From Fibrobacterota bacterium (GTDB taxonomy: Bacteria > Fibrobacterota > Chitinivibrionia > Chitinivibrionales > Chitinivibrionaceae): a stretch of DNA of 64,000 nucleotides. Of this stretch, positions 39,365 through 50,009 are shown piece by piece (within the stretch, counting starts at the first letter, position 1; each line of letters opens with the position of its first letter). Under the pieces are notes generated by a model. The model was not told where the DNA came from. It was given only the letters and a program-made list of their open reading frames with translations, and ran no database searches. The DNA is taken from contig JBNJEI010000006.1 in assembly GCA_051745755.1 (NCBI GenBank), positions 1 to 64,000 of the forward strand, written 5' to 3'. A program made the translations under genes and the position numbers.

Positions 39365-41365
39365 TTACCTCTTTTGTGGTATAATTGTATTGATTTTTCC
39401 AGTAAGAATTTTCTGTGTTGCCGGTTTTTTCAGAAAATCCGTATGGTTTTGCTGAAGCAGTTTTTCCATGATTTCTGAATCATAGAAACCGGTGTGCAGG
39501 AGTATGGGGATGTTTGATTGAATTTCACGCAGTTTATAAAAGCATTCATCACCATTCATACCGGGCATAATCATATCAAGAATCACCAGATCGATTTCTG
39601 CGACCTGTTTCTGAAATATCTCAATGGCTGTTTTCCCTGTTTCCGCAGTGAGAATATGATGACCGGATTTTTTAAGCATGTGCGAGAGGGCAAGACGGAT
39701 GGTACTCTCGTCGTCCACGACAAGAATTGTTCTGCCTGAAGTGTGGTCCGGGGAGTGAACAGCTGTATGATCCGGTTGTTTTTGCTTATGTTTATCCGGT
39801 GATACCAGAGGGAGATAGATATGAAATACCGTACCGCGTCCGGGCAGTGATTTTACATTTACGGCTCCCCGGTGAATCTGGATAATACCATACACCCGGG
39901 CAAGCCCAAGACCTGAGCCTCCGGCATTTCGCCGGGTGCTGTAAAAGGGTTCAAAAATCCGTTTCTGGATCTCCGGTTTCATACCCTTTCCCGTATCACG
40001 GATACTGATTTCAATATAGCGGCCCGGCACAACCCGGTAGCCTGTAACGTCAGAGAAATTTTCATCCAGTTCGATATTCCGTGTGGATATATATATCTGT
40101 CCATTTCCCTCAATGGCGGATCTGGCATTTATAAGAATATTCGAAAAGAGATTGTGCAGATCTGTTGTGTTTCCCCGAATCAGGGAGGATTCGGCTTCGG
40201 GAAGAAACCGTGTAGCCGGGGCAGTTGTTGCGCTCAGTCTGTTAAAATCAAGGGTCTGCTCAAGCACAGAGTGAATATCGACTTCCTCCATTTCGACATT
40301 TTTGTTTTTTGAGATGTCAAGGAGCTGATTCGTCATTTCTATTGATTTTGAGACTCCCTGTTCTATGATGTGTATGATATCAACGAATTCATGATTTGTG
40401 TCAGCATCTTCAAGCAGCTCCAATGCAGAGCGGACACTGCACAGGGTGTTATTAAAATCATGCGCTATGCCCCCGGCCATTCGACTCAGGGAATCCATTT
40501 TTTTCTGCTGTTCCTCAATTTGTTCTCTTGATATGTCAGTGGCAATAACATAGGCCATGTGTGAGTCTATGGGTATCAGGCTTACCCGGTAATGGTGCGG
40601 CAGATATCCCTGTACGCTGATATTGCGAAATTCACGGGTCTGTTCTGTGGTTAAAAGGTGGGTACGCATTTCCTCGGGAGCGGAGAAAATATCGAAGACA
40701 GAGGCCTTGTTTTCACCGCTGTGGGGAGCAATTTTTTCCCACTCGGGATTGCAGGCGTGAATAATTCCCGTACTGCGTTCAACCACCCCGATTGCATCGG
40801 TTGACTCCTCAAAGAGGAGGGATACTTTTTTTTCCGCTGTTATCCGTGCCGTAATATCTATGAGCAGGGAGAGGATTTCCGTATCTGAATTTTTTATACT
40901 CTTCATCAGGATATGCGGTTCGTTTTCTGTATTGAGCTGAACCTCGCATTCCCGGGGTATGTCACTGTGTAAGGTTGCCCGTATGTGGTGGTAGAGAATG
41001 TCACGGCTGCGGGGATGTAAAAATGCTGTGAGCTTTCCTCCTTCCAGTGCTGTTGCCGAAGTTGCCATAAGGCTGGCAGCCTCTGTGTTTGTTTTGAGTA
41101 TTTCGTAGCTGCTGGAGAGGGTGATATACGGTGCGGGGGCGTTCTGATAGAGATTGATATATCTTCTGTTTGCCCGTTCAAGATCCTTGTAGGTATTTTG
41201 CAGTTCTTCGTTTTGGGTTTCAAGCTCTATTTGATGAATACGTAATTCTTCAGAAACTGTATCGAGATCATTATACGCCTGTGAAGGAATTGTTTCGCTG
41301 TTTTTCTGTAAAATCCTCAGTGCTTTTTCCCGAAGTTTGTCTGTTTTCTTACCCATTCTGTCCAC
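39365..41365 (-). CDS. Cytoplasmic hybrid sensor histidine kinase (coiled coil, PAS, HisKA, HATPase, REC)
   Basis: N-terminal heptads HQIELETQNEELQNTYKDLE. The H-box is MAGGIAHDFNN. G1/G2 boxes are DTGKGM and GGSGLGLA. The C-terminal receiver is ILVVDDE...ILDMIMPGMNG. There is no TM helix. Confidence 0.8.
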   Translation of the reverse strand: MDRMGKKTDKLREKALRILQKNSETIPSQAYNDLDTVSEELRIHQIELETQNEELQNTYKDLERANRRYINLYQNAPAPYITLSSSYEILKTNTEAASLMATSATALEGGKLTAFLHPRSRDILYHHIRATLHSDIPRECEVQLNTENEPHILMKSIKNSDTEILSLLIDITARITAEKKVSLLFEESTDAIGVVERSTGIIHACNPEWEKIAPHSGENKASVFDIFSAPEEMRTHLLTTEQTREFRNISVQGYLPHHYRVSLIPIDSHMAYVIATDISREQIEEQQKKMDSLSRMAGGIAHDFNNTLCSVRSALELLEDADTNHEFVDIIHIIEQGVSKSIEMTNQLLDISKNKNVEMEEVDIHSVLEQTLDFNRLSATTAPATRFLPEAESSLIRGNTTDLHNLFSNILINARSAIEGNGQIYISTRNIELDENFSDVTGYRVVPGRYIEISIRDTGKGMKPEIQKRIFEPFYSTRRNAGGSGLGLARVYGIIQIHRGAVNVKSLPGRGTVFHIYLPLVSPDKHKQKQPDHTAVHSPDHTSGRTILVVDDESTIRLALSHMLKKSGHHILTAETGKTAIEIFQKQVAEIDLVILDMIMPGMNGDECFYKLREIQSNIPILLHTGFYDSEIMEKLLQQNHTDFLKKPATQKILTGKINTIIPQKR

Positions 41366-44279
41366 CTTTACCGGAGTGCTTCATCACAACTCCAACTACT
41401 TTCACAGGTTTTCCGTCTACACCGGTTTCAATTACTCTGCCCCGGTCTGTATACGTGTCGTATGCCCCGTCTTTTCGGCGAATTCGATAGGTGGTTTCGT
41501 ATTGCGGCTGTTTTCCCGAAAGATGATCCTTCATGGCCTTCATGGTTTTTTCATAGTCCTCCGGATGAATACGTTCCACCCAGCCCTGGTATCCCTCTCC
41601 GATTTCATCAGGTTCATAGCCCAGCATTACAGATTTTGCCGGACTTGCGGTGACGACGTTGTGGGTAATATCCCATTCCCACCACGCCATATTCCCCATT
41701 TCCAGGGCATGCTCCAGCTGGGAGATGAGAATATCCCGTTTCATTTTTCGACCGTATTCCTCAGTGGTATCAATAAAGGAAACAATAAGGCCGTTTACTG
41801 CGTCCATGGAATCCCGATAGGGCAGTATTTTTATGCTGTACCACCGGTCTTTAAAAAGATTAATCTGTTTCTGTTTTGACTCAAGGCTATCGGCGACGTC
41901 CTGAATATCCTGTGTAAAGCCGGGATAGATGGAGTCTGTTGCCAGATCTTCAAGGGGGCGGCCGATATCGTTTTTCTGAATGGGGGTGATTGATTCCACT
42001 ATTTCTGTGTATTTCCGGATATTAAGGTCATTATCCAGAAAAAGGCAGCCGATCTGAGTATTTCGCAGCAGATTATTCATATCGCTGTTGAGGTCTGATA
42101 ATTCCTGAATCTTTTCCTGGTGCTCTGTGTTTACCGTATAGAGCTCTTCATTGACCGATTCCAGTTCTTCATTGGTGCTCTGCAGCTCTTCATTGGATGC
42201 GATCAGTTCTTCATTGGAGGTCTGCAGTTCCTCGTTAGAGCTTTCCAGTTCTTCTATCGTAGCCTGCAGACTTTCGCTTTTGTGGTGCAGCTCCTGTTCC
42301 AGGTGTGTGATACGGTCCCGGTAATCCTGCAGAACGGAATGGGTATTCTCATCATTTTTACTGTCGGTTGCTGTGTGCTGTTTCTTTCGGTATTCTCTGA
42401 AACTGATGCTGTAGTATTCATGTCCCGACTGACTGCTGATGTGTTTTTTTACAATAAGAGAGACAGATTCGGAGGAAGAGAGTGCGACATTTGAGTATTG
42501 TTGCTGCCGGGTATCGCTGTCCGCTTTTTTTAAAAGACTTGTTACGGCAATTGAAAGGGTGTCATTCTGAATCATCTGGCCGATATTCAGGTTCATTTCG
42601 CCACGGGGTATTCGGAGAAATCGGGAGCAGTCTGTCACGGTATAGAGGAGATTGTGTTTTTTGTCAACAATAATTGTGGGAGGCAGCAGGGGGCCGAGAA
42701 GCTCATGGAAAGTGTCACTGCCAATAGAGAAATCATCCGGCTGTCGTCGCCTGGGTACATTGAAATTCTCTGGAAGGGAGGCCGTCCTGAGAGTACCCTT
42801 ACGTGAGATAAGGGGCATGGTCATGGATTCGGCGAGTTTGCTGCTCCTATTGTATTTGTAGATTTTCCATTTGGTATCCACGGTCTTAAAGCCGTCCACG
42901 AGGGTGCCCACGGCTTCGCTGTTTCCCAGAAAAAGATACCCCTCAGGCTTCAGGCAGAAATAGAGGAGATTGAGCACTTTCTTCTGGGTTTCCCGCTTCA
43001 GATATATCATCATATTGCGGCATGTGACCAGATCTATCCGTGAGAAAGGAGGATCTTTGAGGATATTGTGCTTTGCAAAGACCACCATATTGCGAATGCT
43101 TTTATGGATCCGGAATCCCGCTTCTGTCTGAATAAAATATTTTGCGATAATCTCAGGGTTTACATCGGAAATAATATTCTCCGGATATACCCCGGTACCG
43201 GCAAAGGCTATGGATTCTTCATCTATGTCTGTAGCAAAAATTTTGACATTTTTGTAGATATCATTTTTCTCCATATATTCCTTAATGAGAATTGCCAGAG
43301 AATAGGGTTCTTCTCCCGTAGAGCAGCTGATTGACCAGATGCGTATGGCTTCATCTTTTCTTCCGGAGGTAAATAATGCGGGGATTACCCGTTCCTGCAA
43401 AACATCAAAGGCTTCGGGATCACGAAAGAACCGGGTTACCCCAATAAGGAATTCCTTATACAGGGTATGTATTTCATGTGTATTTTTTTCCAGAAATTCT
43501 ATATAGTCTTTCAGGGATGTGAGCTGATTTATGGCAACGCGTTTTTCCAGCTGACGGAGTATTGTACTTTCTTTGTACAGGGAGAAATCAATACTGTGAT
43601 GCTCCCGCAGCAGATGAAATATGCGTGAAAGATAATCCTCTCCGTTAGTAATACCGGACTCAAGAAAGCTTTCTTTTTTTACAAAGGGGTGATGAGAGTA
43701 TTTTTTTAATTCCCCTGCCATTTGCTGCGGTGTAAGAATATAATCAACATTTCCCGTGGCAATGAGGCTTTCGGGCATACCGTCAAATTTTGCCGACTGA
43801 TTATCCTGGCACATAATCATGCCGCCGAATTCCTTGATGGTCCGACAGCCGAGGGTACCGTCGCTTCCCGTCCCGGAGAGTATCATGGCTACGGCGGATG
43901 TGCCCGCATCCCGCGCAAGGGAGCGAAGGAAGATATCTATGGGAAGATTAAGCTTCTTATCTTTTGCGATAGGGTTCAGTATAAAGGTGTTATGGAAAAT
44001 TTCAAGGTTTTTCCCCGGAGGAATAAGGTAGACCCTGCGGGGTACTATCTGCATTTTATTTTCGGCATAGGTTATGGGAATGCTGGTATAGCGCCTGAGC
44101 AGTTCATCCATAAGGCTTTTAAAATCAGGAGACAGATGTTGTACGATGATGTATGCTGCAGTAAGGTTCGGGTCAAGATTCTCAAAAAAAGCCTGCAGTG
44201 ATTCCAGTCCGCCTGCTGATGCGCCGATTCCCACACGAAGAAATTCGTTCCGGGAGGATTTGTTTTTATTGCCTGCCAT
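41349..44279 (-). CDS. CheB methylesterase - CheR methyltransferase fusion with an NEEL-heptad coiled coil and a C-terminal PAS domain
   Basis: The N-terminal CheB_methylest region is [13 protein letters not shown]...SGTGSDG. The CheR SAM-MTase region is ...[18 protein letters not shown].... The linker is (S/T)NEEL x6, followed by a PAS domain (WWEWDITHN...). The gene overlaps the downstream kinase by 17 nt. Confidence 0.8.
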   Translation of the reverse strand: MAGNKNKSSRNEFLRVGIGASAGGLESLQAFFENLDPNLTAAYIIVQHLSPDFKSLMDELLRRYTSIPITYAENKMQIVPRRVYLIPPGKNLEIFHNTFILNPIAKDKKLNLPIDIFLRSLARDAGTSAVAMILSGTGSDGTLGCRTIKEFGGMIMCQDNQSAKFDGMPESLIATGNVDYILTPQQMAGELKKYSHHPFVKKESFLESGITNGEDYLSRIFHLLREHHSIDFSLYKESTILRQLEKRVAINQLTSLKDYIEFLEKNTHEIHTLYKEFLIGVTRFFRDPEAFDVLQERVIPALFTSGRKDEAIRIWSISCSTGEEPYSLAILIKEYMEKNDIYKNVKIFATDIDEESIAFAGTGVYPENIISDVNPEIIAKYFIQTEAGFRIHKSIRNMVVFAKHNILKDPPFSRIDLVTCRNMMIYLKRETQKKVLNLLYFCLKPEGYLFLGNSEAVGTLVDGFKTVDTKWKIYKYNRSSKLAESMTMPLISRKGTLRTASLPENFNVPRRRQPDDFSIGSDTFHELLGPLLPPTIIVDKKHNLLYTVTDCSRFLRIPRGEMNLNIGQMIQNDTLSIAVTSLLKKADSDTRQQQYSNVALSSSESVSLIVKKHISSQSGHEYYSISFREYRKKQHTATDSKNDENTHSVLQDYRDRITHLEQELHHKSESLQATIEELESSNEELQTSNEELIASNEELQSTNEELESVNEELYTVNTEHQEKIQELSDLNSDMNNLLRNTQIGCLFLDNDLNIRKYTEIVESITPIQKNDIGRPLEDLATDSIYPGFTQDIQDVADSLESKQKQINLFKDRWYSIKILPYRDSMDAVNGLIVSFIDTTEEYGRKMKRDILISQLEHALEMGNMAWWEWDITHNVVTASPAKSVMLGYEPDEIGEGYQGWVERIHPEDYEKTMKAMKDHLSGKQPQYETTYRIRRKDGAYDTYTDRGRVIETGVDGKPVKVVGVVMKHSGKGGQNG
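42143..42268 (-). repeat. In-frame 21-nt tandem repeat (x6) encoding xxSNEEL heptads of the CheBR linker
   Basis: On the plus strand GTTCTTCATTGG recurs at 42164, 42185 and 42206. Variants occur at 42143, 42227 and 42248. Confidence 0.7.
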
Positions 44280-44754
44280 TCTGCATATCCTTTACCCTTT
44301 TTATAAGACGATCCCGTGGGGCTGTATATACTTCCTCAGTATCACCTTTGTTTCCGGTTACCACCTTGATAATCAGGCGGTGGAGAAAATTCATTTTGCT
44401 CAGATAATAGCCGAATCCAACATGAGCGGTCTCAATTATGGCCGGAGTAATCTCCCGGGGAATAAATTTATTCAGCACTCCGGGAATCTGATTTTCTTCT
44501 CCGGCACTGACGAAGAAGAACAGTTTTCTTTTTTTTAGTTTTTCCTTTTGGTTTCTAAGAAAGGTGATGACCTCCTTTGGCGGACGTCCCATGATAATGG
44601 GGAAACCAATGATTATTATTTCAGCAGGATCGGGAGAAGAAGGGCCTCTGAGTTCTTTCAGCGTGCTGATATCCGTACCGATGCCCCGGTGTATTTCTTC
44701 TGCCCGGTTTTGCGTAAAGCCATATCTGGTTGCATAGAAAATCTCAATATTCAT
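44266..44754 (-). CDS. Flavodoxin-like protein
   Basis: MNIEIFYATRYGFTQNRAEEI.... This is a flavodoxin fold with T/S-x-T-G-x-T-like loop logic. Its 3' end overlaps the CheBR start by 14 nt. Confidence 0.55.
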   Translation of the reverse strand: MNIEIFYATRYGFTQNRAEEIHRGIGTDISTLKELRGPSSPDPAEIIIIGFPIIMGRPPKEVITFLRNQKEKLKKRKLFFFVSAGEENQIPGVLNKFIPREITPAIIETAHVGFGYYLSKMNFLHRLIIKVVTGNKGDTEEVYTAPRDRLIKRVKDMQNGRQ

Positions 44755-44756
44755 AC

Positions 44757-46223
44757 TTACGACCGTCCATAAATCCGGGTGAAATGCTTCAGCTGTTCAA
44801 AATAGTCGTGGTTGATCATATCCCAGGTAAAACGAAATCCCCAGTTGTTTTGTGTTGTTCCCGGTGTGTTGAATCGGTAGGGGCTGCCCAGACGCAGAAT
44901 GTCCTGCAGGGGAAGAATGGCCATTCTGCTTACTGATGCAAGGGTCTCGCGGATAATTTTGTCAGGTATTTCCTCTGGTGCGCAGTCAAGATATTCCCGC
45001 ACACGGGTGTGGGTTTCTGCATCAAGGGAGGCAATCCAGCCCGTAAGGGTATCGTTATCGTGGGTCCCGGAATACATAATGCTGTTTTGTCCGCAGTTGT
45101 AGGGAAGATACCAGTTTTCCGGATTTCCGTCAAAGGCAAATTGCAATACCTTCATGCCCGGAATATTATGGCTCATGCGCAGATCTATAACATCCTGGGT
45201 TATGGTGCCCAGATCCTCTGCAATAAGGGGTAAATCCCCGAGCTTCTGCTGTACCACGGAAAAAAAATCGTCTCCCGGGCAGGGTATCCATTCACCGTTT
45301 CTGGCGGTGGTGCTGTCTGCAGGAACTGCCCAGTATGCTTCAAATGCCCTGAAATGATCTATGCGGATAAAGTCGGTATAAAAATGAAGCCGCTTTATAC
45401 GTTGTATCCACCAGTGATACCCGCTTTCCTTCAGGGCATCCCAGTCATACAGGGGATTTCCCCATAATTGGCCGTCTTCGCTGAAATAATCCGGCGGAAC
45501 TCCGCCCACCCGCTGCGGAGAGCCCTGGGAATCCAGCTCAAAAAGTCCGCGGTGAGCCCAGACATCGCTGCTTGCATAGGCAACATAATACGGTGCGTCA
45601 CCGAACAGGGAAATACCCTTCTCATTGGCATACATTTTCAGATCAAACCACTGGGACTGAAACATAAACTGAAGTATGCGGTATTGCCTGAGTTCTGTGC
45701 GGTGATCATCCTTCCATTGTTCAAGAGAGGCTGTATCCCGCAGGGCATATTCCTGAGGCCATGTGCTCCAGTCATTTGTGCGAAAATGACGGGAAAGGGA
45801 GAGGAAAAGGACATAATCATCCAGCCAATACGCCTCATTGGAACAGAATTCCCGGTATTCAGGTGTGGGGGAGAACCGTTCACAGGCTTTTTTATGAAGC
45901 CTGTTTTTCAGGGTATCGACGGCGGAAAAATCGACAGAGTTTTCAGGGAGGGCGGGTATATCAGCCAGATCTTCATCGGTTAGATATCCCCAGTCTTTAA
46001 GCACCTTCGGAGAGAGAAGCAGGGTGTTGCCTGCAAAGGCGCTGAGGGTCATATAGGGTGAATATCCAAATCCCACCGGCCCCACGGGGCATATCTGCCA
46101 AACGGACTGATTGTTTTTGGCAAGAAGGTCAATCCATGAATATGCAGCGGGACCAAGGTCGCCGATGCCATACTCAGATGGCAGGGAAGTGATATGGAGA
46201 AAGAGTCCGGACATTCGTTTCAT
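44757..46223 (-). CDS. malQ: 4-alpha-glucanotransferase (amylomaltase, GH77)
   Basis: It starts MKRMSGLFLHITSLPSEYGIGDLG and contains ...DHFRAFE... and ...LGDLPLIAEDLG.... Confidence 0.85.
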   Translation of the reverse strand: MKRMSGLFLHITSLPSEYGIGDLGPAAYSWIDLLAKNNQSVWQICPVGPVGFGYSPYMTLSAFAGNTLLLSPKVLKDWGYLTDEDLADIPALPENSVDFSAVDTLKNRLHKKACERFSPTPEYREFCSNEAYWLDDYVLFLSLSRHFRTNDWSTWPQEYALRDTASLEQWKDDHRTELRQYRILQFMFQSQWFDLKMYANEKGISLFGDAPYYVAYASSDVWAHRGLFELDSQGSPQRVGGVPPDYFSEDGQLWGNPLYDWDALKESGYHWWIQRIKRLHFYTDFIRIDHFRAFEAYWAVPADSTTARNGEWIPCPGDDFFSVVQQKLGDLPLIAEDLGTITQDVIDLRMSHNIPGMKVLQFAFDGNPENWYLPYNCGQNSIMYSGTHDNDTLTGWIASLDAETHTRVREYLDCAPEEIPDKIIRETLASVSRMAILPLQDILRLGSPYRFNTPGTTQNNWGFRFTWDMINHDYFEQLKHFTRIYGRS

Positions 46224-46264
46224 AAGAAAAATTCCTTATTAATCAGCATTCAGGTATACAGGTA

Positions 46265-47395
46265 TCACAGCAGCGTTTTAAGTTTTTTCAGTTTTTTCAC
46301 AGGAGTATAATAATGCGGAGAGAAGCGGATTGTATTACTGCGGAAGGTTGCAGTTACCCCGCCCTTTGCAAGCGTCCTGTAAAGCGTTTTTGTGCCTTCT
46401 TCTGTGGCTGCTGAAAAGGTAAGTATCGGGCTGAGTGCCGATTTCACTCCGGGGGAATGAATGGTGTAGCCTTTTTCTATCAGCAGGTTGCACAGATAGT
46501 TCCGTTTTTCCATGGCGGTGGTATAAATATAGTCTGTTGTTTTCTCTTCGATAATATCAAGGGCTTCAGCCAGTGCATAAAATAGAATAAAATTCATGGT
46601 GCCGCTTTCAAATTTTTTTGCCGTGTACTGAAATTCAAGGTGCTTCTCCTGCGGTGCGAGTGGGTTACGGACTGAAAAGGCTCCCGTGATAACCGGTGTA
46701 ATTTCATTAAGCAGGTGTTTGGCGATATATAATACACCGATTCCGGGAGGAGCAAGAAGCCACTTCTGGCTACCGAAGGCCGCAAAATCGATCCCCAGGC
46801 GCGATACATCAACGGGGAGCACACCCACGGACTGAATCAGATCTGCAAAGGTATAGATATTCTTCTTTTTACAGATTTCAGCGATGCCTGCCAGATCAGT
46901 AGTATGTCCTGCCAAATACTGGACATGGCTCAGGGCGACAAGGCGGGTTTTCCGGGTGCAGTACTCTTCAATTGTCCCGGGAGACGGCGTGGGTTCATCC
47001 GCAGGTAGTTCTGTTATTTTTATTCCCCGACGGGACAGATGTTTCCAGGGATAGTAATTTGCGGGATATTCCACGGGGGAGACCAGAATCTCATCTCCCT
47101 TTTTAAGATTGAGTCCCTCGGCCACAAGAGAAACAGCATGGGAGGTGTTTTGGGTAAATCCGATGGATTCGGGGCTGCAGTTGATACGTGCAGCAGTTTT
47201 TTTCCGACATTCCTCCATGATATTTACCCAGCCCTTCAGATCCGGCCTCTTCCGGGAAAGCTCTGCGGCAGCATCAGAAAGGCGGCGGGCAACACGGCGG
47301 GGTACAGGGGAAACCGCTGCGTGGTTCAAAAATATCTCCTTGCGATGCAGTCGGGGAGTGCTGTCGTATTTACTCATACTTTTCTTCTTCATCAA
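46265..47395 (-). CDS. Aminotransferase class V / cysteine-desulfurase-like PLP enzyme
   Basis: ...LNHAAVSPVP..., a fold-type-I PLP enzyme with the lysine in ...FGSQKWLLAPPGIG.... Confidence 0.65.
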   Translation of the reverse strand: MMKKKSMSKYDSTPRLHRKEIFLNHAAVSPVPRRVARRLSDAAAELSRKRPDLKGWVNIMEECRKKTAARINCSPESIGFTQNTSHAVSLVAEGLNLKKGDEILVSPVEYPANYYPWKHLSRRGIKITELPADEPTPSPGTIEEYCTRKTRLVALSHVQYLAGHTTDLAGIAEICKKKNIYTFADLIQSVGVLPVDVSRLGIDFAAFGSQKWLLAPPGIGVLYIAKHLLNEITPVITGAFSVRNPLAPQEKHLEFQYTAKKFESGTMNFILFYALAEALDIIEEKTTDYIYTTAMEKRNYLCNLLIEKGYTIHSPGVKSALSPILTFSAATEEGTKTLYRTLAKGGVTATFRSNTIRFSPHYYTPVKKLKKLKTLL

Positions 47396-47543
47396 TCTCA
47401 GCTTCCACTTCCAGGGTGCCGATAATTTTGGACCGGTCCTCCCACAGTGTTTTGTAAAAGCAGTAGGCAGTAAGACTCAGTATGCTGCCCCAGGTAAGTA
47501 TCATAAAAACAATACCGGCACCGGTAAATTCCGTTGATTCCAT
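47370..47543 (-). CDS. Small single-TM protein, possibly an NSS-transporter accessory subunit (MetS-like)
   Basis: About 57 aa: MESTEFTGAGIVFMILTWGSILSLTAYCFYKTLW..., with an acidic tail. Its start lies 2 nt after the NSS transporter stop. Confidence 0.4.
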   Translation of the reverse strand: MESTEFTGAGIVFMILTWGSILSLTAYCFYKTLWEDRSKIIGTLEVEAEIDEEEKYE

Positions 47544-47544
47544 A

Positions 47545-49089
47545 TCAGGCCTCACCTTTGTTAAAGGCACGGTAAATAGTGATGTTAATTGCGGCAAACA
47601 ACCCTAAAAAGAGCGTACGTAGAAAAAGTATAAAATTCTTTTCTCCCACCTGCCGGCCGAGAACCTCCACGGTTTGTTCCGAACCTATATCAAGAAGAAG
47701 TAACTGGCGCAGACCTCCGTCATAGAGCCAGAATACCAAAAGCAACAGTATAAAGGTGGGCGTTATCCAGGTGATAATGTACTGATATATGCGGGGGACC
47801 GTTATGTCGGCGCCTCTGTGAAGTTCTTTCCAGCCCTTTTTGACCCCAAGAACCCAGGCAAAAAGAACGGCCTCCACGGCCCCGAAAACAAGGAGGGACA
47901 GCTGAAAACCAAGTATGTCTGCCTGGTCTATTGCCGTGGTTCCTCCCGCTATTATGATGAGAGAAAACACCAGGGTGACTGCTCCGAGGATGGAAATGGC
48001 TTTTTTTCGTTTCATATTAAGTTCATCCTCTATGAAAGAGAGCCCCGGCTGAAGAATTGATATTGATGAGGTAACCCCCCCGATAAACAACAGTATAAAC
48101 CAGGTAAGCTGAACAATATATGCGGTTATTTCCCCCATTTCAATAAAGAGCATGGGCATAGTGATAAACCCGAGAGAAAAAATTCCTCCCGTGGTCACGT
48201 CCTGTGCCTGGGCTGCTCCGAGGAAAATAACCGCAGGGATTATGACAATTGTTCCGCCCACAATAACTTCTATAAAAATATTTGTACTGTTTGCCGTTAG
48301 GGAGGACAGGGCAATATCCTGATCCTTTTTGACATAGGATGCATAGGTAAGAATGGCACCGATACCTACGCTGGTTGTAAAGAAGACCTGGCTGGTGGCG
48401 TCAAACCATACATTGGCATTGAGAAGCATGGAAAAGTTCGGATTCCACATAAAGGCAAGGCCCCGGGAAAGATTATCCAGAGTAAGCACTTTGATTACAA
48501 GCCCGATTCCCAGAATAATCAGCAGCGGCATCAGGATCTTTACGGTTTTTTCAATGCCCCTGCGTATACCGAAATAGATAACAGAGAAATTAATTATAAA
48601 GGTAATAATAAAAAAGAATAACGCTGCGGGTATACCGAGAACAGTAGCTTTCATGGATATGTAATTCTCAAAGAATTCCGCCGTGCTTCCCTGGCGGGCG
48701 GCGGCACTTAACATACCGGTGATACTGTACCAGATATATCCCAGAATCCATGATTCAAGATATACGTAGAGGAAGAAAATCAGCAGCGGTCCCATAACCC
48801 CCAGGCTTCCCAGATATTTTGCATAGGGCCTGCCAATGACCGCATGAAGTATTCCCGGACCTGATCCATGGTTTTGTCTTCCTCCGTACCGTCCAAGAGT
48901 CCATTCAACCCAGGCCAGAGGTATGCCGATAAGAATAAACGCTGTCAGGTAGGGTATCATAAAGGCCCCGCCGCCGTTATCAACAACCCGCCCGGGGAAA
49001 ACAAGAAAGTTCCCCAAACCAACAGCACTTCCTGCAACTGCAAGTATTACGCCGATTTTTGATCCCCATTTTTCCCGGTTCTGATTCAT
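47545..49089 (-). CDS. Sodium-dependent transporter of the NSS (neurotransmitter:sodium symporter) family
   Basis: The TM1 signature is GLGNFLVFP. About 12 TM helices. Confidence 0.8.
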   Translation of the reverse strand: MNQNREKWGSKIGVILAVAGSAVGLGNFLVFPGRVVDNGGGAFMIPYLTAFILIGIPLAWVEWTLGRYGGRQNHGSGPGILHAVIGRPYAKYLGSLGVMGPLLIFFLYVYLESWILGYIWYSITGMLSAAARQGSTAEFFENYISMKATVLGIPAALFFFIITFIINFSVIYFGIRRGIEKTVKILMPLLIILGIGLVIKVLTLDNLSRGLAFMWNPNFSMLLNANVWFDATSQVFFTTSVGIGAILTYASYVKKDQDIALSSLTANSTNIFIEVIVGGTIVIIPAVIFLGAAQAQDVTTGGIFSLGFITMPMLFIEMGEITAYIVQLTWFILLFIGGVTSSISILQPGLSFIEDELNMKRKKAISILGAVTLVFSLIIIAGGTTAIDQADILGFQLSLLVFGAVEAVLFAWVLGVKKGWKELHRGADITVPRIYQYIITWITPTFILLLLVFWLYDGGLRQLLLLDIGSEQTVEVLGRQVGEKNFILFLRTLFLGLFAAINITIYRAFNKGEA

Positions 49090-49145
49090 GAAAGGGGCTC
49101 CTTCTGTTTGGATTTATGGTACACTACTATAAAGATAGTATATGA

Positions 49146-50009
49146 TCACCACTGAGGAAACACCTTTTTGGGATGTATCAGGGAATTTTGCAGCAGTGCC
49201 AGGGCCCGTGGGATGTTATCCCGGTACAGCAGCAGAGGCTTTTGATCCGTTTCATCCGGGCTGGATGGGATGGGGTTGCCATGGATGATTTTTTTTTCTT
49301 CATCGGCGGTAATCTCCCGTGGAGTCCAGTCGTTACAACAGTGCAGAGGGGAGAGGAGCGATTTTCTTTCCACACTGTCTGTTGCCTGCGCTGTTTCCAC
49401 ATGGTATGTGCCGATTTCCTCCCGGTGAATGGATGCTGCGTGAGCGGCACTGCCCAGGGCTCGCCCCATATCCCGGGCAAGGGAGCGTATATAGGTGCCG
49501 GAGGACACCTGTGCCCTGAACCGGGCTTTCCCGCAGAGGGATTCATAGTGAAGTAATTCCAGCCCGGATATGGTTACTGAGCGTTCCAGCGGAGTAAAGT
49601 CCTCTCCCCTGCGGGCTTTTTTATATGCCCGGTTTCCCGCAATTTTAATTGCTGAATACTGCGGAGGAATCTGCTTCTGATCACCGGTGAAACGGGGAAG
49701 AACGGCTTCAATATCCTGACGGTCGGGAAGAATCCGGGTATGTATCAGAATTTCACCTTCCCGGTCATCGGTGGTGGTTGAGTATCCAAATTGGACGTCA
49801 AACACATAGGTCTTGGTATCTGTCGTGAGGAAGGGCAAAAGCTTTGTTGCTTCCCCCACGGCAATAATCAGCAAACCCGAGGCAAGGGGATCAAGGGTGC
49901 CCGCGTGGCCCATTTTTTTTATATTGAGTTTTTTCCTGAGGCTGCGAATGATATCAAAGGAAGAGGGGCCGCATGGTTTGTTGATAAAAAGAAATCCGGA
50001 GGATATCAC
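49146..50009 (-). CDS. truB: tRNA pseudouridine(55) synthase
   Basis: GHAGTLDPLASGLL, which includes the catalytic Asp motif. Confidence 0.85.
   Translation of the reverse strand: MISSGFLFINKPCGPSSFDIIRSLRKKLNIKKMGHAGTLDPLASGLLIIAVGEATKLLPFLTTDTKTYVFDVQFGYSTTTDDREGEILIHTRILPDRQDIEAVLPRFTGDQKQIPPQYSAIKIAGNRAYKKARRGEDFTPLERSVTISGLELLHYESLCGKARFRAQVSSGTYIRSLARDMGRALGSAAHAASIHREEIGTYHVETAQATDSVERKSLLSPLHCCNDWTPREITADEEKKIIHGNPIPSSPDETDQKPLLLYRDNIPRALALLQNSLIHPKKVFPQW

Noticed and set aside
42143-42268. Periodic 21-nt repeat as a CRISPR-like or satellite element
   Set aside because: The repeat is in-frame coding sequence for NEEL heptads of the CheBR linker, with no spacers. It was kept only as a coding repeat.
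39365-44279. Interpreting the CheBR / HK pair as one gene
   Set aside because: The two frames differ and overlap by 17 nt. Without reads, a frameshift cannot be asserted, so they are reported as two ORFs with the caveat.
47039-47537. ORFs 47039-47425 and 47109-47537 (+)
   Set aside because: They lie antisense to the class-V aminotransferase and small-TM genes and have no supporting signals.
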